From a virus (Duplodnaviria > Caudoviricetes), in the IMG/VR virus record IMGVR_UViG_3300048575_000460, positions 1-39,399 of that record: a stretch of DNA of 39,399 nucleotides; one strand, 5' to 3'. Below the pieces are notes generated by a model, which did not search any database, had not been told where the DNA came from, and saw only the letters and a list, made by a program, of their open reading frames with translations. A program made the position numbers and the translations under genes. Below are positions 35,232-39,399 of this stretch, piece by piece. Within the stretch, counting starts at the first letter, position 1; each line of letters begins with the position of its first letter.

Positions 35232-36422
35232 ATGGCACTGTTGGAGCTGGCAAAAATTCGGCGGGATGGAGGGACGCAACCGCGGGCGCACGGCGTAGAC
35301 TACGGCGTAGTAGACGAGTACGCGGATTTGATGAAAGAGGGCCGCGTATTCCCGCCGATCAAGGTGACGTTTGACGGCTCTGAGTATTGGCTGGTTGACG
35401 GATTTCATCGTGTGGAAGCGGCCGAGGAAGCCGGCCTGACGGAGTTCGAGTGCGACGTTACGGCTGGGACGTTGGCTGATGCTCAGTGGCAGAGCTATAG
35501 CGTGAACGCTGCGCACGGCTTGCCCAGGACGAATGCGGACAAGCGGCGCGCTGTGAAGGCCGCGCTGAGCCACGCCAGGGGGCATGAGCTCAGCGATCGC
35601 GCGATTGCTGATCACGTCGGCTGCGACCATAAGACCGTCGGCGCGGTACGGCGCGAGTTGGAAGCGGCTGGGGAAGTTCCCCAGGCGACGGACCGCGTCG
35701 GGCGGGATGGCCAGGTGCGGAGTATCAGTGAGGCGGTGCGGCCGGAAACGCCGCCCGTGCCCGAGGTCCCGCAGGAGTTTTGGCCGTTGCCGGATGAGAA
35801 CGGCATTTTCGATGATGCGCAGGCTGAATTGCTGGTCGAGTCCTTCGGCCGCGGCCAAAGGCAAGCGTCTATCAACTTGCTTCAGGTGAATGTGGCCGAG
35901 TGGGCGAGTGGTTGGTCGGTGTCGCTGAGTGAGAAGGGTGGGGTTGGAGCGTCTGAGCCTCTTGTGTTCCGGTGGAAGTACCGCTCCCGCAAGGATGCTA
36001 TTGAGTGGGCGGCGAAGAGCATCATCCAATGGTGCAGGCGGAACCGCGAGGGGCGGCCGAAGTCGCAATTGGAGGCGATCGATCATTTCATCGCTTGGGC
36101 GATGGAGCTCGCTGGTTTCTCCGCCGCCGAACTGCAGGTGTGGGATGAGGAGGAGGCGCAAGAGCGGCGACGGGCGATTCAGGAGGCGGCAGAGGCCGTC
36201 ATGGCTCCGCTCCTGGATTTGCCACTGTCTGAGGCGGATCTGGACTTGCCGGCTGGTGTGGAGCTGAGTGAGGTTATTGCCGTGATCCTGCGCCCGGCTG
36301 ATGATGCCCCAGAGTGGTTCCGTAGTGATGCGGAACGATTTGTGAAGTCGGCAGAGGCGATGCAGGCGATGGTCTCGAAAATCACAGGCTTGGTAGGGGA
36401 GGAGAGTGAGCGTGCCGCGTAA
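35232..36422 (+). CDS. ParB/Srx-like N-terminal domain + HTH protein
   Basis: AAAGGA RBS; TQPR, FPPIKV, LVDGFHRVEA, NAAHGLPR, SDRAIADHVGCDHKTV. Confidence 0.85.
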   Translation: MALLELAKIRRDGGTQPRAHGVDYGVVDEYADLMKEGRVFPPIKVTFDGSEYWLVDGFHRVEAAEEAGLTEFECDVTAGTLADAQWQSYSVNAAHGLPRTNADKRRAVKAALSHARGHELSDRAIADHVGCDHKTVGAVRRELEAAGEVPQATDRVGRDGQVRSISEAVRPETPPVPEVPQEFWPLPDENGIFDDAQAELLVESFGRGQRQASINLLQVNVAEWASGWSVSLSEKGGVGASEPLVFRWKYRSRKDAIEWAAKSIIQWCRRNREGRPKSQLEAIDHFIAWAMELAGFSAAELQVWDEEEAQERRRAIQEAAEAVMAPLLDLPLSEADLDLPAGVELSEVIAVILRPADDAPEWFRSDAERFVKSAEAMQAMVSKITGLVGEESERAA

Positions 36423-36693
36423 CATCGTCAGAATCGATTTTGCCCTGGGTGGCAGTGGCTGCACAGAGGCACAATCGCAGACCGTTGAAAAGACGCCGCG
36501 AAAACCTCCAGCGAGCATCAACCAGTGGTTTGTGCCGCAGGTGCAGTACAAGTACTGGCATCTGCGGCATTCGATCGAGAAGATTGCCGGCGACATGCGT
36601 CTGCCGCGCCTGGTGATCCAGGCGGTGGTGAGAGAGAACTCAGTACCGGTGCAGCCAGGCCCAGCACCGGCGCCGCGGAGGAGGGCTGCGTGA
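36406..36693 (+). CDS. Hypothetical phage protein
   Basis: GGAGGAG RBS; overlaps both neighbours; possible HTH (SIEKIAGDMRLPRLVIQAVVRE). Confidence 0.65.
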   Translation: MSVPRNIVRIDFALGGSGCTEAQSQTVEKTPRKPPASINQWFVPQVQYKYWHLRHSIEKIAGDMRLPRLVIQAVVRENSVPVQPGPAPAPRRRAA

Positions 36694-36953
36694 TGTACCA
36701 AGTCAGCCAGGTGAGGCGGCCGGACAGCGGATCGATGCTCGCGATGCGGCTAGAGTTGGACGCCGCTCGATTCGAGCTGGCGAGGCAGCGCACAAACTTC
36801 TATCGCCTGCTTTTTGTGGCCGCCGCGGGCTGGCTTCTTTTCACGGCCGTGGTGTTTGTCTTCAGTGTCCACGTTTCCTCCTCCCGGCTCACGCGGGATT
36901 CCATGGGGGCGGATCACGGAGCGCCGCCCCCGATTTTTCGGAGGGTGCTATGA
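36693..36953 (+). CDS. Small membrane protein
   Basis: GGAGGAGG RBS, TGATG overlap; TM LLFVAAAGWLLFTAVVFVF. Confidence 0.65.
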   Translation: MYQVSQVRRPDSGSMLAMRLELDAARFELARQRTNFYRLLFVAAAGWLLFTAVVFVFSVHVSSSRLTRDSMGADHGAPPPIFRRVL

Positions 36954-37486
36954 GCGAGACGATTTGCTATGCGCCGCGAGCTGCTGAATTGTTGGCGACC
37001 GCGGTTGAGCATGATGGGGTGCCGTACATGCTGTGTGCCATGGATGATAAGTTGCACTGCATCCCACGGGAGGTTTTTGACCTGATGTACCAGCGGCATC
37101 CGAATCAGCGGCCTGTGGCCGTCATCGGCGACCATGTGGCGAGCCAGGCGCCGCCGCGGGAGGCCAAGCCGGCGAAACCGAGTCGCCTGCAGGTAGCGAA
37201 GGCCGCGAAGAAGGTGGCGGCAGCGGCTCCGGCTGGCTCGCAGGAGCAGGAGCTGGATGCGTATCCGGCCACGCTCCGGGATTCGCGGGCGTTCGCGTTG
37301 CGGGCGGTGTATGACCGGCTCAAGCGAGGGAGTTGTCCGTTGCCGACGCTTGTCGCTGATCTCCAGGGATCAGGATGGCCGGGCGCCACATCGAGCAATG
37401 TCATGGCGGCGCTGATGGGCCTGCGCGAGAAGCGCCTGGCGCGGAAATTGGATGCGATAGTGGGAGGCGATTGGGAGTTGGTTTGA
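36950..37486 (+). CDS. Hypothetical protein with possible C-terminal winged helix
   Basis: GGAGG RBS, ATGA overlap; Ala/Lys linker; VYDRLKRG...ALMGLREKRLA...GGDWELV. Confidence 0.7.
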   Translation: MSETICYAPRAAELLATAVEHDGVPYMLCAMDDKLHCIPREVFDLMYQRHPNQRPVAVIGDHVASQAPPREAKPAKPSRLQVAKAAKKVAAAAPAGSQEQELDAYPATLRDSRAFALRAVYDRLKRGSCPLPTLVADLQGSGWPGATSSNVMAALMGLREKRLARKLDAIVGGDWELV

Positions 37487-37497
37487 GTTATGGGGCA

Positions 37498-38007
37498 ATG
37501 GCGCGCACCCTCCTCCTTCGCGCCAGGGCGGCGACGCCCAGCCCCGCCAGAGTCGGGGGCTGTATCTACAGGTTAATTCGGCTGGATCTGAGAGGCGTCC
37601 GGTGGGCCCCCGATCGGGTGAGCGACCCGGAGCTGCCACCGGGCGCCAACAGCCGAGAGAATAGAGGGGCTGCATTGAAACCGGAATCTGGAGTGGATAA
37701 TCCCACTGAAATCCGAAGTGAAGTACCAGTGCTTCCAGGCGGGTGCGGCTATCAGGGGTATGAGTTCGGGGCGGCTTACCCTGACTCCATGTGTTGCGGT
37801 GGGAAGCTCTACGACGCTGATAACTGCGATGGGGAAGGTAATCTATATGAGCCTATGGAAGAGATCCCCTGCCCAATGTGTCACCCCAAGAAGTATGTGG
37901 AATATCGAGTAGGACTTGGATGGTCACTGAAAGCGGCGAAGGTATTGACAGCGGACATCCGCAATAACCGGAAAAACGGCACGGAACCGTGGAAAGGGAT
38001 TTGTTAG
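37498..38007 (+). CDS. Cys-rich hypothetical phage protein (true start may be ~37675-37693)
   Basis: CGYQGYEFGAAYPDSMCCGGKLYDAD...PCPMCH. Confidence 0.55.
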   Translation: MARTLLLRARAATPSPARVGGCIYRLIRLDLRGVRWAPDRVSDPELPPGANSRENRGAALKPESGVDNPTEIRSEVPVLPGGCGYQGYEFGAAYPDSMCCGGKLYDADNCDGEGNLYEPMEEIPCPMCHPKKYVEYRVGLGWSLKAAKVLTADIRNNRKNGTEPWKGIC

Positions 38008-38014
38008 GCAATCC

Positions 38015-38197
38015 ATGTCAATGAAGCGCGACATTGCGGAAAAGTGTACGGCGTCGATAGCTGCCGTGCTACGCGATCGCGCGCTCTCCAGTGAGGACAA
38101 AGCACAGCGGATCCAGGACATCATTGAGCGCGGATTGGAAGAATATGGAGCGGCCGCCGCCGCGAGGGCACACCTCCAAATGAGGCCAGTTGCATGA
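38015..38197 (+). CDS. Small hypothetical protein coupled to integrase
   Basis: ATGA overlap with integrase start. Confidence 0.55.
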   Translation: MSMKRDIAEKCTASIAAVLRDRALSSEDKAQRIQDIIERGLEEYGAAAAARAHLQMRPVA

Positions 38198-39399
38198 GTG
38201 TGCAATCGAAGGTTGATCCCGCTATCCTATCGATGCTGCTGGAGGGCAGCATCGACGTGAGATACCAGGATCCAAAGATTGCAGTAGAGGGCGATGAGCG
38301 CACCTACTACGAGATCCGGCCGTACGTGCCGATGCTCGTAGATGGCGCGCTGGTTCGCCGGCGGAAGAGAATTCGCCTTGGCTGGTGCGATGAAATGACG
38401 TTGCGCCAGGCGAAGCAGGAGAAGCAACTCATCATGGCCACGCTCAACAATGGGCGGGCTGTGGTCCAGAGCCAGATCAGGTGCAAGGATCTGGTGCGCA
38501 AGTTCAAGGACGCTCGGCTTCCTCAGTTGTCGACGGGCACCCAAGAGAAGTACATGAGCCATCTCGACAACTACATCGTGCCGGCCTTCGGAGAGATGCG
38601 GTTGTGTGACGTGGATCGACCGACTGTCGAGGCCTGGCTGAATGGGTTGACGCTGGCTTGGGCGACGAAGTTGGACTGCCGGAACATCGTGTCCGCGTTG
38701 TTCACTCAGGCGAAAGAATGGCGGCTGTGGGACGGTGACAATCCCGCGCGCGGGGCGCGAGTCGGCCCCCGTGAAGAGGTCCGGCCAAAGCGGATTCTGG
38801 AGGCGGTAGAGCTAGGGCGGTTCCTGGCGGCGCTTCCGGAGACGGCCGTCTGCAAGGCTCATGCCGCGCGTGTGATGGTGCTACTGGCCGTTGGGTCAGG
38901 CATGCGAATCAGTGAGGTTCTCGGCCTGCGGTGGGATGACATCGACTGGTCGCGCGGCCTGGTCACGATTGCGCGCCGATGGCGGCGAGGCAACATGGCT
39001 GGTACGAAGACGGCGGCCAGTCGACGGGTGCGGCAGATCGGGCCCTTGCTCGAAGAGCTGCAGCTCTGGCGGAAGCGGTCGGGCTCGCCTGTGTATCTGT
39101 TTGGTGATCCGGAGACGTACTTGCCGGATGATCGGGATTTGCAGCAGCATGTTTTCCGTCCGACGGCCGAGGCGTGCGGGATCTACTTCCCTGGGTTCGG
39201 CATGCACTCATTCCGCCGGGCTTCGATCACCTGGCGGCAGGAGTTGGGCGCCACGCCGATTGAGGCAATGAGGGCGGCCGGCCACACGAGGATTGATACG
39301 ACGATGCTCTACACGATCGCGGATGCCGATCGTGAGCGAGAGCAGGTGCAGAAGATGATGGAACGGATCGGCGGGCACGTCATCGCCGGCATCCACTGA
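38194..39399 (+). CDS. int: Tyrosine recombinase / phage integrase
   Basis: Catalytic residues in GMRISE (R), TKT (K), HSFRR (HxxR), GHT (H), TMLY (Y); N-terminal arm-binding beta region. Confidence 0.96.
   Translation: MSVQSKVDPAILSMLLEGSIDVRYQDPKIAVEGDERTYYEIRPYVPMLVDGALVRRRKRIRLGWCDEMTLRQAKQEKQLIMATLNNGRAVVQSQIRCKDLVRKFKDARLPQLSTGTQEKYMSHLDNYIVPAFGEMRLCDVDRPTVEAWLNGLTLAWATKLDCRNIVSALFTQAKEWRLWDGDNPARGARVGPREEVRPKRILEAVELGRFLAALPETAVCKAHAARVMVLLAVGSGMRISEVLGLRWDDIDWSRGLVTIARRWRRGNMAGTKTAASRRVRQIGPLLEELQLWRKRSGSPVYLFGDPETYLPDDRDLQQHVFRPTAEACGIYFPGFGMHSFRRASITWRQELGATPIEAMRAAGHTRIDTTMLYTIADADREREQVQKMMERIGGHVIAGIH

Larger units (their letters stand above)
2694..39399. mobile_element. HK97-like siphovirus prophage integrated at tRNA-Val(GAC); right att expected just beyond the window
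   Basis: tRNA 3' fragment at the left, tyrosine integrase at the right, complete head/tail/lysis/replication/immunity modules between, and an abrupt compositional change at ~2690. Confidence 0.95.

Noticed and set aside
35049-36701. 550-aa minus-strand ORF
   Set aside because: Antisense shadow of well-supported plus-strand genes; no motifs.

Overview
The first ~2.7 kb is host chromosome: an exported M20-family amidohydrolase, a conserved hypothetical gene and a frameshifted higA remnant, all extremely C-rich on the + strand. The gene style suggests an Acidobacteria-like host (inference only). From the displaced 3' half of a tRNA-Val(GAC) gene at 2694-2743 to the end of the window lies an apparently intact ~37 kb HK97-like siphovirus prophage. 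In order it carries early genes, a zinc-finger/TOPRIM/SF3 primase-helicase, an iteron-rich origin, HNH, cos, terminases, portal, ClpP protease, capsid, neck and tail genes (with a -1 frameshift chaperone), tape measure, a 1780-aa tail-tip protein and a lysis cassette. These are followed by a two-gene moron, a two-RHH genetic switch, a ParB-like gene and a tyrosine integrase. The most unusual feature is four late-region genes (14197, 27795, 29138, 30103) with Sec-type signal peptides and even, locally paired cysteines; three are built from phage fibre/virion modules and the fourth sits directly after the capsid gene. This suggests virion appendages or a depolymerase that are exported and folded with disulfides outside the cytoplasm. 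Also notable: integration appears to split the early operon from the replication genes, and the moron encodes a membrane-anchored TerB-like/HIRAN protein. All family assignments are from motif recognition; no searches were run.
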